DNA from: Prorocentrum cordatum
Taxonomy: Eukaryota
Length of the DNA stretch: 54,735 nucleotides
Assembly (NCBI GenBank): GCA_963575745.1
Contig: CAUYUJ010000220.1
Coordinates: 62,001-116,735 of the forward strand
Direction: 5' to 3'
Shown here piece by piece: positions 24,915-37,943 of the stretch. The first letter of the stretch is position 1, and every line of letters begins with the position of its first letter. Below the pieces are notes generated by a model. The model was not told where the DNA came from. It did no database searches and saw nothing but the letters and a program-made list of their open reading frames with translations. Made by a program: the position numbers and the translations under genes.

Positions 24915-25915
24915 AAAAAATGCGTCCTGAACCCCAGCGAGAGATTTCCACGGCCGTGGCCATATCGTCCCAATTATTTTCACCTCCCTCTTTGCCGCCC
25001 CCGAAGGACAACCACGACCAGAGAGCCTCAGAACCCATCTTTCTGCGGCACTGTTCGAGCCTTCTCGACATGGGGGAACGCGTCCTGCGGGAAGCAAGAC
25101 CTGGACCCCGGAGCCTTCTTCTAGGACGAGGTCTTCATCCAGAGTCGTTTCCTGACAGTCCCGAGGCCCGTGGAGTGCTCTGGGAGCCCGAAAACAAGGA
25201 ACAACCTCAGAAACCGTTTCCCTCAGGACCCGCTTCCCCCATAGCGAGTACCGATGTGTGACGGTGCCGGGCCCCGAAGCCAGGCAAAGACGCCCAAAGC
25301 TCGAATAATGAAACAAATTGTCGCAATTGTCACAAGCAGAAGCTTTGGATGCTCCGCGCGGACTTCCTGCTCCTGCGCTGGACCCCCCTCTCCCTGGCGC
25401 GCCAGGGCGCGCCAGGGCGGTGCCGCCAATGGGAGGCCAGCGCAGAGCCGAGAAATCCGCGCGGAACTCCAAAATATCATGCTGATGCCATGCTCTCCGG
25501 GCTTTGGCAGGAGTAAGCTCAGCGTGACCTGGTTCAGTGATGTGAACCGGGGGGTGCCCCCCCCCTCGCCCCATCCCACTAACCAGAACTGCCGTCACCA
25601 GGAAAAACACCAGCTGCGGCAGGCCTGGTCCAGTGATCCCAATCAATATTTTGGTAATTCGGGGCCCAATCACTAGCTGGCTCCCCTTCTCCGGAGTCCT
25701 TCTCTGGGGTCCGTCGTGCATTTTTCAAGACGTCGACCCCCAGAGGTCTGAATCCTGAATCCTTTTTTGACCGTCCTGGGGCCCGGTGAAAGCCCCCCGG
25801 GGGCCGAACATGGCCAAACAGCTCTCGTCGCGAGCTTTGTTCCCCGACACGTTCGTTTGGACGCCCGAAATGGGTACGGAAAAAATGGGCACAATGCCCA
25901 ACTGCAAATGTTGTC

Positions 25916-26087
25916 TCGGGGATGGACAGACCCCCCTTTAGTAAAATGTGGTTTAGTGGAAACGACCTGAGGCCCAAACCTGGCGGGCGCAAGCCTGGAA
26001 AATAACGGCCACGGCGCCATCTCGAGAATCGAAAACGGACAATTCACTAATCGACGTGTCACTGTTGGGGGTTCTGTCCACCCCCGA
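25916..26087 (+). mobile_element. MITE family A, copy 2 (172 bp)
   Basis: TCGGGG...CCCCGA termini; perfect TSD ttgtc/ttgtc. Confidence 0.9.
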
Positions 26088-26232
26088 TTGTCCCAAACCA
26101 ACAGCGGCCGCTGTTGGGCCTGCGGCCTTCTGTCTCGAATTGGCACAGACCGCGGCGGCGTGGACAGCGAGTCCGGTTCAAAATCAGCAAAAACTGCGGT
26201 TGGGCATTGTACCCATGTTCGGGGCCCGAATC

Positions 26233-26407
26233 TCGGGTCGGGCGAAAGGGGGGGATAGCAAAGGGGGGGTTTGGGAATCAGCTCACGCAGCTGATTTTCC
26301 CGGCGCCTCCCGGCGCCGGAGGCGACTCTGTATCGAGGAATGGGCCCCTCGGTGGGGCCGAAACCAGCTGCATGCAGCAAATTTCGTACCCCTTTCGTCC
26401 GGCCCGA
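26233..26407 (+). mobile_element. MITE family B (175 bp)
   Basis: TIR tcgggtcgggcgaaagggg ... cccctttcgtccggcccga; perfect TSD gaatc/gaatc. Confidence 0.9.
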
Positions 26408-26679
26408 GAATCTCCGCCCTGATGGTCCGCTACCGAAAATTTCCGGTAGCGCTCCGCAGAGATCGGTCGCTACCGAAATACCGAAATGTAGCGCCCAATA
26501 CTGGTATCAGACCGTTCTGAAATCCGCTATTTCAACGCCCTCAAACGAAGATCCGGTCGCTACCGAAATTCGGGGTGCGTCGAAATCGCTACCGAAAATT
26601 TCCGGTACCAGACCATCTGGGCGGGGCGAGGCCCGCGAAGGCGACGCCGTCGGAGGCCCGGGGGGACGTCCCGGCGGGC

Positions 26680-26759
26680 CCCGTGCGGAGGGCGTCGCAG
26701 GCGTGCACGTCCCCGAGGAACAGGTCCGCGAGGTCGGCCGTCCCCGCCCGGCTCAGGTC
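26680..26759 (-). CDS. rraA: RraA-family gene, N-terminal-domain exon
   Basis: ccgcag|DLSRAGTADLADLFLGDVHACDALRTG matches the RraA T(A/S)DLCD motif. A GC donor at 26679 splices in frame to the acceptor at 13563. Confidence 0.7.
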
Positions 26760-26789
26760 CTGCGGCAACTCCGAAGGCGCCCAGGGAAC

Positions 26790-26801
26790 GACACGCACAC
26801 C

Positions 26802-26836
<35 letters not shown>

Positions 26837-27153
26837 CACACACTGCAAACACACACTACACACTACACACACACACTGCACACTACACACACACTACACA
26901 CACACTGCACACACGCACACACACACACACTACACACACTACACACACTGCACAAACACTACACACACACTGCACACACGCACACACACACACACACTAC
27001 ACACACTACACACACTACACACACACACTGCACACCCACACACACACATACACACACAGACACACACACAGCACACACAGACACCACACACACAACACAC
27101 ACACTACACACACAACACTACACACACACACACACTACACACGCAAACACTGC

Positions 27154-27193
<40 letters not shown>

Positions 27194-27441
27194 CACACAC
27201 ACACAACACACTGCACACACACACGCACACACGCACACACACACACACTACACACACACACTACACACACACACAGACACACAGACACACACTACACACA
27301 CACTGCACACACACACTGCACACACGCACACACACACACACTACACACACTACACACACTACACACACACACCACACACACACAACACACACACACACTA
27401 CACACACACCACACACACACACTACACACAACATGCACACA

Positions 27442-27472
<31 letters not shown>

Positions 27473-27642
27473 CACTACACACACCACACACACACACACA
27501 CTACCACACTGCACTCACGCACACACACACACACACTCACACACTACACGCACTGCACACCCACACACACACCACACACTACACACAGACACACAGAACA
27601 CAGACACTGACACACACACATACACACACACACACACACACA

Positions 27643-27685
<43 letters not shown>

Positions 27686-27985
27686 CACACACTGCACACA
27701 CGCACACACACACTACACACACTACACACACTGCACACCCACACACACACACACACTACACACAGACACACAGACACACAGACACACAGACAGTGCACAC
27801 ACACACACACACTACACACTACACACACTACACACACACTACACACTACACACTACACACTACACACTACACACTACACACTACACACACCACACACCAC
27901 ACACCACACTACACGCTAGACACTAGACACTACACACTACACACTACACACTGCACACTGCACACTACACACACACTGCACACTG
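26790..27985. repeat. (CA)n/(CACTACA)n compound microsatellite
   Basis: ~1.2 kb CA-rich run. Confidence 0.95.
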
Positions 27986-28857
27986 GGCTCATCCAACTGG
28001 GCTCGCACCCCATCTCGGGACACCTCCTCAATACTGATAAGCAAGAACAGTACCCTAATCCTTTGGGAGGGGACCTAAGTTCGGAGGGCCAGAAACATTA
28101 GGAATAAGGGGGCCATTACTTGCAGATGTCACATAGGAAACCACCCACATGCTCAGGGATAGCCCTAAGAACCGAGGACCCGAGATGTGCCACGAATCCA
28201 TTGTGTTCGTAGGGTTAAGGGATCTATGATGCGTAATGATATTGACCTACGGCCCCCGATAAATGCGGAGCTGCGAAGACGCATCCAAAGCTTGCACGAT
28301 TTTCCGGCATCCACTGACACCGATCAATCCAAATCTGGGCCAGTCAGTCCTGGCAGGATCACGCAAGATCCTGCAGGATCCTGCACCCAAGCCTGGATCA
28401 ATGAACCCTGGCTCTGCAGGACCTGCAAGCTCCGGCGCTCTGACTGACCCCCGTTTGATGGGCTTGCTTTCCACCACCACCACCACCACAATAAGTTGGA
28501 TGTGGAAGGAGGTGGAGGATGAGGAGGAGGAGGAGGAGGAGGAGGAGGAAGAAGAGGACCTCCTCCCCCAACTACTACGGTGGTGGCGGTGAAAAAGCAA
28601 GCCCACCACCCTTTGCATTGACCCCCCGTCTAAAACAGGGCTAGGATCGGGATAAATCGCTCCAGAGCGTTCCGGAGCGCTCTCAGAGCGTTCCGGAACG
28701 CTCTGGAGCGGCCGCGGCGCCCAATACATCCTCCAAACCCGCCGACTCTCAGAGACTTCGAGTCATCCCGATCCGATTTTGTCCCGATCTTCGCGCCAAT
28801 TTTACCGTCCCTTGAGCACCGAGATTTGCCCTCGACCTCCGGTCCGGGGGCGGGTAC

Positions 28858-28930
28858 CCGCCGCAGTCGCCGCCCGCGCCCGCGCCCGAGCACGGCCGGC
28901 CCCCGCCCCGCGGCGCGGTGGCAGCGGGAC
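28858..28930 (-). CDS. Possible upstream Arg/Gly-rich (transit-peptide-like) exon of the RraA gene
   Basis: cccag|G acceptor and CGG|gtacc donor in phase with the 26759 exon. No homology support. Confidence 0.2.
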
Positions 28931-29044
28931 CTGGGCGGGTCGGGCGCTCTCGCGGCGCGCGCCGCGGCGGCGGCGCCGGCGGCCGCTGCGGCAGGGCTCG
29001 CGAGGCGTCGGCACGCGCAAAGGTTTTCGACACCGCGTCGACCT

Positions 29045-29218
29045 TGCAAAAAAAAAAACCTTGAACGAAGGATTGCAAAAAAACCCAGGATTGCAAAAAA
29101 ACCCAGGATTGCAAAAAAAAAAACCCTGGATTGCAAAAAAAAAAACAGGATTGCAATCCTTCGGGTTTTTTTTACAATCCTGGGTTTTTTTGCAATCCTG
29201 GGTTTTGTTGCACCCCTG
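29045..29218. repeat. Foldback-like palindrome built of ~18-bp subrepeats
   Basis: Four ggattgcaaaaaaaccca units face their reverse complements (caatcctgggttttttt). Confidence 0.8.
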
Positions 29219-30852
29219 AATCGATCGCGGCCCCAATCGTTCAGGGCCGAATTCTGTCGGGTCCCGTGGCGTTGCTGCGTCCCTCGGTGCCTCCGCGTCG
29301 TAGGGGTTCAACCTTGAGCTCCTTCGCCGCCGTCGCTGGCGCGCCAACGCCACGCGAACCTACCGTACGGGGATAGAGGCCTCACAGATGGGGTCTGAGT
29401 AGATGTGGTGGAAGGATCGCGCCGCATCGCCGATGCATGGACGAGGCATTGGCGACGTCTGCGGTGCATCGGCGACGCTGGCGTAAAGAAATTCGGGTTC
29501 CACATCGAGCCTCATCGCCGATGCATCAGCGATGTGGCGCGATCCTCCGACCCAATCTACTCCGACCCCATCCAGGAGGCCTAGAGGTGAGGTGAGGGCG
29601 CTAGATAAGGAACCATTGGACAAAGAGCCCAGGGTCTGGAAGCCCGTGGAACACCGCCCGAGGCTTGGCCATGTATACCACCGCCGCCCGAGTCGGAGAA
29701 GGGATCCCTCAGGGCCTGAAGCCTCCTGGGCACATGACACTCCTCAACGAACACCCCCCCCCGTATGCCCCGCGACCGGATGGCGTGTCGCTCGGCTCCG
29801 CGGGGAGGGAGGCTCGGAGAGGCTCTGGACGCTGACGCCTGGCGACGGGAAAGCGGTCCGCGGGTCGCCCCGGAGCGCGGTGGATCAGAACCGTCGGCGC
29901 GACGCGCTGCGCCAGACCTCCCGACCGTAGGTCCTGGGTCTCCGACGCTACGATGGTTGTTTAAGTCTCGGCGGTCTCCTGCGGTTGCGGCTTCTGGGCC
30001 CCGTGGTGCCATCAAACGGAGTGCGTCTGGGGTGGATAGCTGGCCCCAGGGAACGGACATCAAGCCCCGCTGGGGGATCCCGATCCGAATACGTTTTGGA
30101 CAATACGAGATGTCCCGAGTATGCATGCGTGCTTCACGCCTTCTTTGCGTACCTGTCGTTCCTCTTGTTTTCTTCTCTTTTCCTTCGCATGTCCCCATAT
30201 GTTCCTTGACTGTATCCCTCTCCTGTCCAAAGTTTCTCAATTCTTTCTCTTCGCCTGCCCCCCATTCCTCCTATCATCCTTTCTTTGTCATTACACCTGC
30301 GTCCTGCAATTCAGTCCGCGCTCTTTCCTCCTGACATCCGCCCTCTTTGTTTGGAGTTGCCGTCGTCGTTGCTGTCGCCGGTGTTGGAATCGCCGCCGTC
30401 GTCGCCGCCATCGTGGCAGTCGTCAGCCTCTTGGCCTTCCGGACACTGGCGATCCTCAACGCTGCAACTGAAGGGTCTGGGAGAACATGTGGATTATCGG
30501 CTGCGGCAAATCTTGCGAGCACTCGAATCGTGATATATTAAATGGCTGCCCACTTCTACGGCAACTTAGCACAAACACAACTTGCTGCGTTTATCCGGCA
30601 GTATAGATCTACACACATTATAGCCACGCGCGCGCTACGCGCGCGCTAAGGTTCTAGCCGACCGTGCCGCCGTTGTCAATGGACCTTGCGCTCATCCGCG
30701 ATGCCCAGAATACCAAAGAGGAGAGGCCCCTAAGAACGGGCCGCTCTTGGCGTGTGGAGGTGCTTGGCGTCCCGGGGGATGATAACCTCAGGTTCCCCGG
30801 GCGGTCGCGGAACCGTGCGAGATGGACGTGCGACGCGTCGGAAAGCTCCGTA

Positions 30853-31032
30853 CCCCAGATTTCGTAATAAAAGGGAGGGGGTCTGGACCCTCCAAGACAA
30901 GCCATTTCAGACCTCCCCCGTGGGAGAACCCTCCAAAACATCGTCCCCAGACCCCCCAGGCCCTCCAAGATAGCCTGGAAGAGACCCCCCCCCCGAAATG
31001 AGACCCCCCTCCCTTTATTACGAAATCTGGAG
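30853..31032. mobile_element. TA-flanked MITE (180 bp)
   Basis: TA|ccccagatttcgtaataaaagggaggggg ... ccccctccctttattacgaaatctggag|TA. Confidence 0.85.
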
Positions 31033-31832
31033 TACCCTCCCCAGACTGCGCAAATGACGCGGCTGCCACGGTGGCCGAAGAGAGCCCCAGAGGCTCCAGA
31101 CCGCCAGGCCGCTGCCGCCGCCCCCGCGGCCGCCGCCGCCGCGGCCGCCGCGGCCGTCGTGATGATCCTCGGGGTGGTCGTCGCAGTGGCTGTGGTGGTG
31201 GTCGTGGTGGTGGTCGTGGTGGCGCCCTCTTTCGAGTGGTCGTCGTGGTCGTCGTGGTCGCAGTGGCTGTGGTGGTGGTCGCTGTGGCGCCCTCTCTCGA
31301 GATCCGCTAGGACTGCGCCCACTGTTCGACTCTGCGCTGCGCGCGCCGTGACTGCCCACGACGCCGTGAGCACGCGCTGCGTGCGCTTCACACCCAACAG
31401 AGGATGCTTCCGAGACCCCTCCAGGAACCACTGGCGCCTCCCCGACGGCAAGGGCGGACATGCCTCGCTCCATCCCCTCCCTCCACTCCCATCACCCTTC
31501 CTTCTGATCCCTCCTCCCTCCATCCGTCCCTCCCCTCCCCTTTTCCTCCCCCCTCCTCCCCGCACTGACGCCCGCTGGCGGAACAAAAACAACGCGATGG
31601 GAAGGGATGGGAGGGAGGGGTAGGGTGTCTGATGTGGCGCGGGCGCATCTGGCTTGCCCCCTGTACCCCATGGGACCAAGGGGCCGAGCCCAGTGCCGCC
31701 CGGTGCACGGGAGCTTCCGCTGGGCTCGGATGGCCCAGGGCGGCGCGAGAAGCGCAGCGAACGAATCGGGTCGGGTGCTCGTGAATAGGGGGGGCAATCA
31801 CCACGCCCGAGCGAGAAGCGCAGCGATTGGGC

Positions 31833-32013
31833 CCTCCTCCTCCTCCGCCTCCTCCTCCTCCTCCTCCTCCTCCTCCTCCTCCTCTTCCTCCTCCCTCCCT
31901 CCCTCCTCCCTCCTCCCTCCTCCCTCCTCCCTCCTCCTCCTCCTCCTCCTCCTTCTCCTCCTCCTCCTCCTCCTCCTCCTCCTCCTCCTCTTCCTCCGCC
32001 TCCTCCTCCTCCT
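31833..32013. repeat. (CCT)n microsatellite
   Basis: Directly visible. Confidence 0.95.
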
Positions 32014-32739
32014 CGCGGATCGAGGCGGCGGGGCGGGTCTGGGAGCGGGCGAGGAGGAGGCGCCCCGGGCACGAGGGGAGGCCGCCCTCGCCGGGGGCTG
32101 GGTTCAGGGTCGGCTAGACACGTGTTACCATCGCAGCGGAGCCCAGCGGCAAGACGAGGGAACGACGGACGAAGACGACGACGACGGCGGCGACGACGAG
32201 GGAGAGAAGGGCAAGGAAGGGCGAGGGGGCAAGCGCCCGCGCCCGCCTGGCCCTGCAGGGCAAGATCGGCTAGACACGCAGGGGCAGCCCCAGGCAAGGG
32301 TGGACTCTGCTGCACGGCTTGAGGGGGCTGCGGGGAGGGAGGAAGGCGGACCCGAACGCGCGAGCCAGAGCCGGGGGGGTCCTCCTGTCCGTTCTCCTCT
32401 TCCCTGCGGCTCCTTTTTTGAACTGCGACGTGTGCCTGCAGGCGTGCTCTGGAACGCGCTGTGCATTGTTGCGTTTCGCGGTGAAGCGGATCCGATTGGG
32501 TCGACTGGACCCTCTAAGGACTGTCCCAGAGCAACCACACCAGGTCCCCGGCGGCAGAAATGCGGGAATCGCCCACGGCAGCCTCCAGGAAGCCCAAGAT
32601 GACATCGAACTGTGGCGGGTTCCGGCGGAGCCCAAGACAGGTTCCAACTCGGAGCTTTCGAGGGCCTCCAGGGGGCGGGCTCTGGGGGCTTCTTGGGACC
32701 GTCTCGAGAGCCTCCCAGGCGCCTCTTTGGGGCCGGGAG

Positions 32740-33870
32740 GGCTGTTGGCATCCCTATTGCTGGAACTGCTCCAACGAGCAGGTGCAGAGGACCGCCTTAC
32801 TTCAACGCAGTGCGGATTCAGACGTGGACGAGGCACATCAATTGGATTCATATGGCTCGAAGGTCAATCGAGGCGGCTAGGGCGGACAAAGATGGGAAGA
32901 TTGCATTCGTCGCCCAAGACTGAAGACAGCGTTCGACTCTAGTCTACCAAAATGGGCACGAGGGTTGCCGCCTTGCGGAGGTACGGGGGGCCCCCAAAAA
33001 TGCTTGTGATCATTGCACACATTTGCGACAATCGCCATTTCTACGTATCTGACGGGCCCCAGGCGTCCAGACAACGGCGACAACGATCAGGAATTGCTCA
33101 AGGTTGCCCCCTCTCCCCATTCCTCTTGGTGATGGTCATGGCAGTACGAGGGATGCGACGGAAAAGTTAGGGCCAGAGGCGAGACGACGACACCCTATTG
33201 ATGGATAAATCCCAGCAGTACTTACAAGAGTTGTTGGATACTGTTTCGTGCGCTGGGGAACGAGCCCATATTGAATTACATTGGGACAAGTTCCACTTGA
33301 TCCAGATCGGATGCGAAGCTCATTTGCGGACTCCCGACGACCGCACGACCCCTGCCCAAGAACACTTGTCATACCTACGTAGGGGCCACCTTGTACAGCT
33401 GAGCTTGCAGTGAACAATCGGCTGGGGCCTGCATGGCCGGAGTTTGTAGGATATGAAAGAGCCTTGAAGCACACAGACTTAGGAAAGAGCAGGAACATCG
33501 AAATGCTTCAAGCTCTTCATATAAGCAAGGTCTTGTATTTACTCTCCAGTGCTTGGCTGAACAAATCAGCAAGAAGGATGCTGGATGTTTTCTAAGCCAA
33601 GTGCCGCAGAAGAGTTCTGCACATTCCACCTCCTTGCTTGTCGCGCGCGGGCAGTAAGGCCGAGCTGCAGGAGGCCCGGCAAGACCCTTACAGAACCCAG
33701 CTTCTGCGACAACAGCTCACGCTGTATGGAAAAATGGGTAGGGCGTCGAGCCAAGATTTTCTTAGACAAGCCACTTTCAAGCCTGACGCTGTTCTCTCTG
33801 CCACGGCCGCGCTCACGCGCAACCGTGGTCGACCGCAGAGCGCATGGGCATCGGAGTGTTAGAATGATCT
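32740..33870 (+). mobile_element. Decayed non-LTR (LINE, RTE-like) reverse transcriptase
   Basis: LLASLLL..L......RLTSTQCGFRRGRGT, ALRRYG.P.KM, SGIAQGCPLSPFLLVMVM, DDTLL, LHWDK, LSYL, NNRLGPAW, SKVLYLLSSAWLN....RMLD. Frameshifts and stops are present. Confidence 0.88.
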
Positions 33871-34619
33871 CGCCGAGTTCCAATTCGCATGATTTGCTTC
33901 TACAGTGCATACATGACCCTGTACAATGGGATGCCTTTGTATAGCGCCACGCGCAACAGTGCGGCGAGTCCGACGGGCATCTGTGACTTGTTGCGTGCTC
34001 TGTTTCCTGCTCCCCCCCTCTTCTCCTTCCTCCCCCCTACCGCGCGCGATGTAAATTATGCGACCGCCGTCGCGCCGCCACTCCCGCAAAGCGGAGAGAA
34101 CTGGCTGGCATTGCGTTCTGAGTGAGTGCCTTGGACTGTCCTAAGGCGCTCGTGGCCCGTCTGACGCCCTGGGCGGCCATCTTGGGGGATTAATGGGGCC
34201 GTTCTGGGGCCTTAAGGCCCTCTAGGACGACTCTTGGCCGTTGTTTGGGCCGTTTGGGGAGCTTGGGGCTCTCTGGGGCCATTAGGGAGCTATCTTAAAA
34301 GGCCTGAGAAGCCCATTGTCAACGAAATTACGCAAGCACAGCACCCCAATAGCAGCTAATGTGTGGAGGCGGGTGGGCGCCTGAAACGCCGACTTGCGAG
34401 AACGACCTCGTCATATTGTCGATACGATTGCGGAGCTGAACTTGTGGGTGAGGGCGAGGTTCGTGATGTCGATAAGGTAACATGAGCGCGCTTGGAACTG
34501 CAGTAGGGACCGAGCGACCCCACTCCTGGCAGCTGGAATGGTGAGAAGCTGATGCCATTGCCAAGCTTTCTCGACTTAGGACAGCGAGAATGCTGAGCTA
34601 GAGCACTCCTGGAGAGGTG

Positions 34620-36240
34620 CACTCCACAGGCACAAACATAAACACACATGGGACTCAAGCCACAGGAGAATGGCAATCCATGGGCGCATCGCAAACACTC
34701 CGGATTCAAACGACAAGAAGGAGGCAATCCATAGGCACATTCGTAAATCATGTAGGATTTCGAGCCACGCGAGAGTGGCAATCTATAGGCACATACGTAC
34801 ATCACATAGGATTCGAGTCACACGAGAGGGGTAATGCATATAGGCACATACGTGAAACACAAAGGATTCGAGCCACAAGAGGGGGGGCAATCTTTTGGCA
34901 CACGTGTGAACACACAGGATCCGAGCCACAGGAGACGGGATTCGATAGGCACATACGTAAAACAGATAGGATTCGAGTCACAACAGAGGGGCAAAATATA
35001 GGCACATCCGTAAACACACATGGGCTTCGACCCAAAGGACAAGGACAATACATAGGCACAAACGTACAAAACAGAGAATTCGAGCAACAGGAGGACGACA
35101 ATCGGTAGGCACATGCACAAACACACACCATATTCGAGCCACAGGAAAGGGGTAATTAATAGGCACATCTGTAAAGCACCTCGGGTTCGAGACGCATGCG
35201 ATTAGAAATATGTAGGCTCATTCGTAAAACACATGGGATTCGAGCCACAGGAGAGGGGGCAGTCTGTAGGCACATAATTACGTAAAACACATCGGGTTCG
35301 AGCCACACGAGGGGGGCAATCGGTAGGCACATACGTAAAAAACGTTGGGTTCGAGCCACAGGAAAAGGGCACTCGATAGGCACATACGTAAAACACGTAG
35401 GGTTCGAGCCACAAGAGAGGGGCAACATGTAGGCACATACTTAAAGCACATAGGACTCGAGCCATAGGAAGGAGAGGCGGCAATCCATAGGCACAACCGA
35501 AAGGACACATAGAATTCGAGCCACAGGAGGGGGGGCAATATGTAGGTACATACGTAAACATAAACACACAAATTTCGAGCCACAGGAGAGGACAATCCAT
35601 AGGCCAATACGTAAAACACGCAAGATTCCAGCCACAGGAGAAGGGTAATCCATAGGCACATTCGAGCCCCAGGGCGAGGGGCAACATACAGAAACATACG
35701 TTGCAAAAATAGGATTCGAGCCCCAGGAGAGGGCCAATCTTTTGGTACATACGTAGAACACCCAAGAGTCGAGCAGAAGAAAGGAGTGGGTGGTCTTCGG
35801 AGGCCCGGGGGCGCCCGGAGGCCAAAAAGTCAACGAGTCCACAAAACCGGATAAACATAAACTTCCGACGTTTTCTCTCAGGGCCAGGGGGGGGGGGGGG
35901 CTCGGGAGGACGGCCTGGGGAGGGCCGCCCAGAGGCTAACAAATCCACGAATCGACACGGGATACGAATAAATGTTCGACGTTCTGTCCTGGGGCCCGAG
36001 GAGGCCTGGGGAGACACATGGGAGTCGAGCCATGGGAGAGAAGCACAGGAGGGGGCAATCCATGGGCACATACGTAAAACACGTAGGAGTCGAGCCGCAG
36101 GAGAAAAGCAATCCGTAGGCACACACGTAATACGCACAGGATTCGAGCCCCAGGAAAGGGGTAATCGAAAGGCACGTACGAAATCCACATAAGATTCTAG
36201 CCCCAGGGAAGGGCCAATCATACGCAAAACGCGCAACAAT
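34620..36240 (+). repeat. Degenerate ~53-bp tandem satellite
   Basis: Unit gattcgagccacaggagggggcaatccataggcacatacgtaaaacacatag, more than 20 copies. It recurs at 45390-46020. Confidence 0.9.
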
Positions 36241-36994
36241 GCTAACTGGCACGAGCCTTGCACAGAAGCCTCAGAAGCCCTGGACAGCCACTGAACATGT
36301 TGCACATTGGCGCGAGCTACGCACAGAAGTATCAGAAGCCCTGTACAGCAGACAGCCACTGACAATAGTGCGAATTGGCGCCCTTGTCCAGCACACAAGC
36401 CTTATAATGACTTTTCGATCCTTCTTTCGCCCCTCCCGCTCGCCCGCGACGCGACGAACGACCCCTCCGGATCCCTCAAAAAGAAACCGCTCTACCGAGT
36501 CGGAAGAGAGAGGAAACGGGGAAACGGACAAAGCGGGAACCGACGGAAAAGGAGGAGGAGAGGAAAGGGACTCCCTGAACCTTCAACATGCAAGCCCGAG
36601 GCTTACGAAAAGTTCGCTGATGATGTGGCTTTCGCAGTCGCCAAAGTCGCCAGCCCAGACCACGATCCCGAGAGAAGCGGGGACTGCCCTGTCCGCTCCT
36701 CCAATCTCCCGATGATCATGTTTATGATCATTATGATGATGACGACGACGAGGAGGATGATGATAATGATGATGATAATGATGATGACGATGATGATGAT
36801 GGTGGTGATGATGATGTTCTCTGGTGCTGTGCTGCTGCGCGTGCGTCTGCGCAGCGTGACAGAAACGCGGTCGGCCCTGACAGGGGTCTGCGAACCTGGC
36901 CCCAGACTCGCTTGCAAAGCTCTCTCGAGTCGACGCTGCGGACAGAATTGTCTGCGTTCACGCTGTTTCAATTTTTGAGCACGCTTTTGGCAGC

Positions 36995-37405
36995 CTCATG
37001 GAGACAGGGACATACAGAGACCTAGAGGCATAAAGAAATATAGAGACATAGAAAGACACATGGACATATATAGACATAGAGAGACATAGAAAGACATAGA
37101 CAAACATACAGAGACGAAGAGAGACGTAGAGACCAAGAGCCATATATAGATAGAGACATATAGACATAATGGCATGAATACATAGAGATACATAGAGACA
37201 TATATAGTCATAGAGAGACAGTCCGATGCATAGAGTGGCATAGAGAGACAGTGAAAGCCATAGGGAGGCATGGAGAGATATAGAGAGAAATAGAGAGACG
37301 TATAGACACATAGAGAGACACAGAGAGGCACTGATATAACAATGGAAGGACATAGACATATATACACATAGTGATACCTCGCGACATACTTACATAGATA
37401 TTTAC

Positions 37406-37436
<31 letters not shown>

Positions 37437-37800
37437 CTTCGAGACACCAAATACACATAGACACCTACAGAGACATAGACATAAATAGCCAGACATAGAG
37501 GAACATATCTACATATACAGGCATAACAAGACATATTGGGACATAGGGAAACATAGAGAAACACATAGACACACAGAGACGTCGATACATAGAGGGGCAT
37601 ATACTGACACAGAGAGACACAGAGACACATACGTAAACAAACGGAAGCATACGAATATAGCACGGCGACATCGAAACATGGAGACATAGAGGCATAGGGC
37701 CATATGGACATATAGAGACATGGACAGACATACATAGACATAGAGACATGTAGACATAGAGACGCAGAGACATACACACATATATGTACATATACGTATA
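36995..37800. repeat. (CATAGAGA/AGAC)-type low-complexity microsatellite
   Basis: Directly visible. Resumes at 45175-45390 on the other side of the DIRS element. Confidence 0.9.
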
Positions 37801-37943
37801 TGTCGTACTCGTGCGCTCTTGTTCCGACTGGCCGGCGGCAGACAGAGTGCCAAGGAAGCCGCGCGCCGAGACAGGGCGGCGGAGGCCCAATCGAGCCCTC
37901 AGGGCAGGGGGCCTCCGACGCAGGCCGAAAAAAGGCCCGCGCC

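Noticed and set aside
16380..24925. Target-site duplication for the Copia element
   Set aside because: The flanks do not match. The LTRs are strongly diverged, so no TSD can be supported.
26340..28101. 500-aa His/Thr-rich ORFs
   Set aside because: Translation of the CA microsatellite.
34620..36240. CRISPR-like 53-bp periodic array
   Set aside because: The whole unit is homologous between copies, with no unique spacers.
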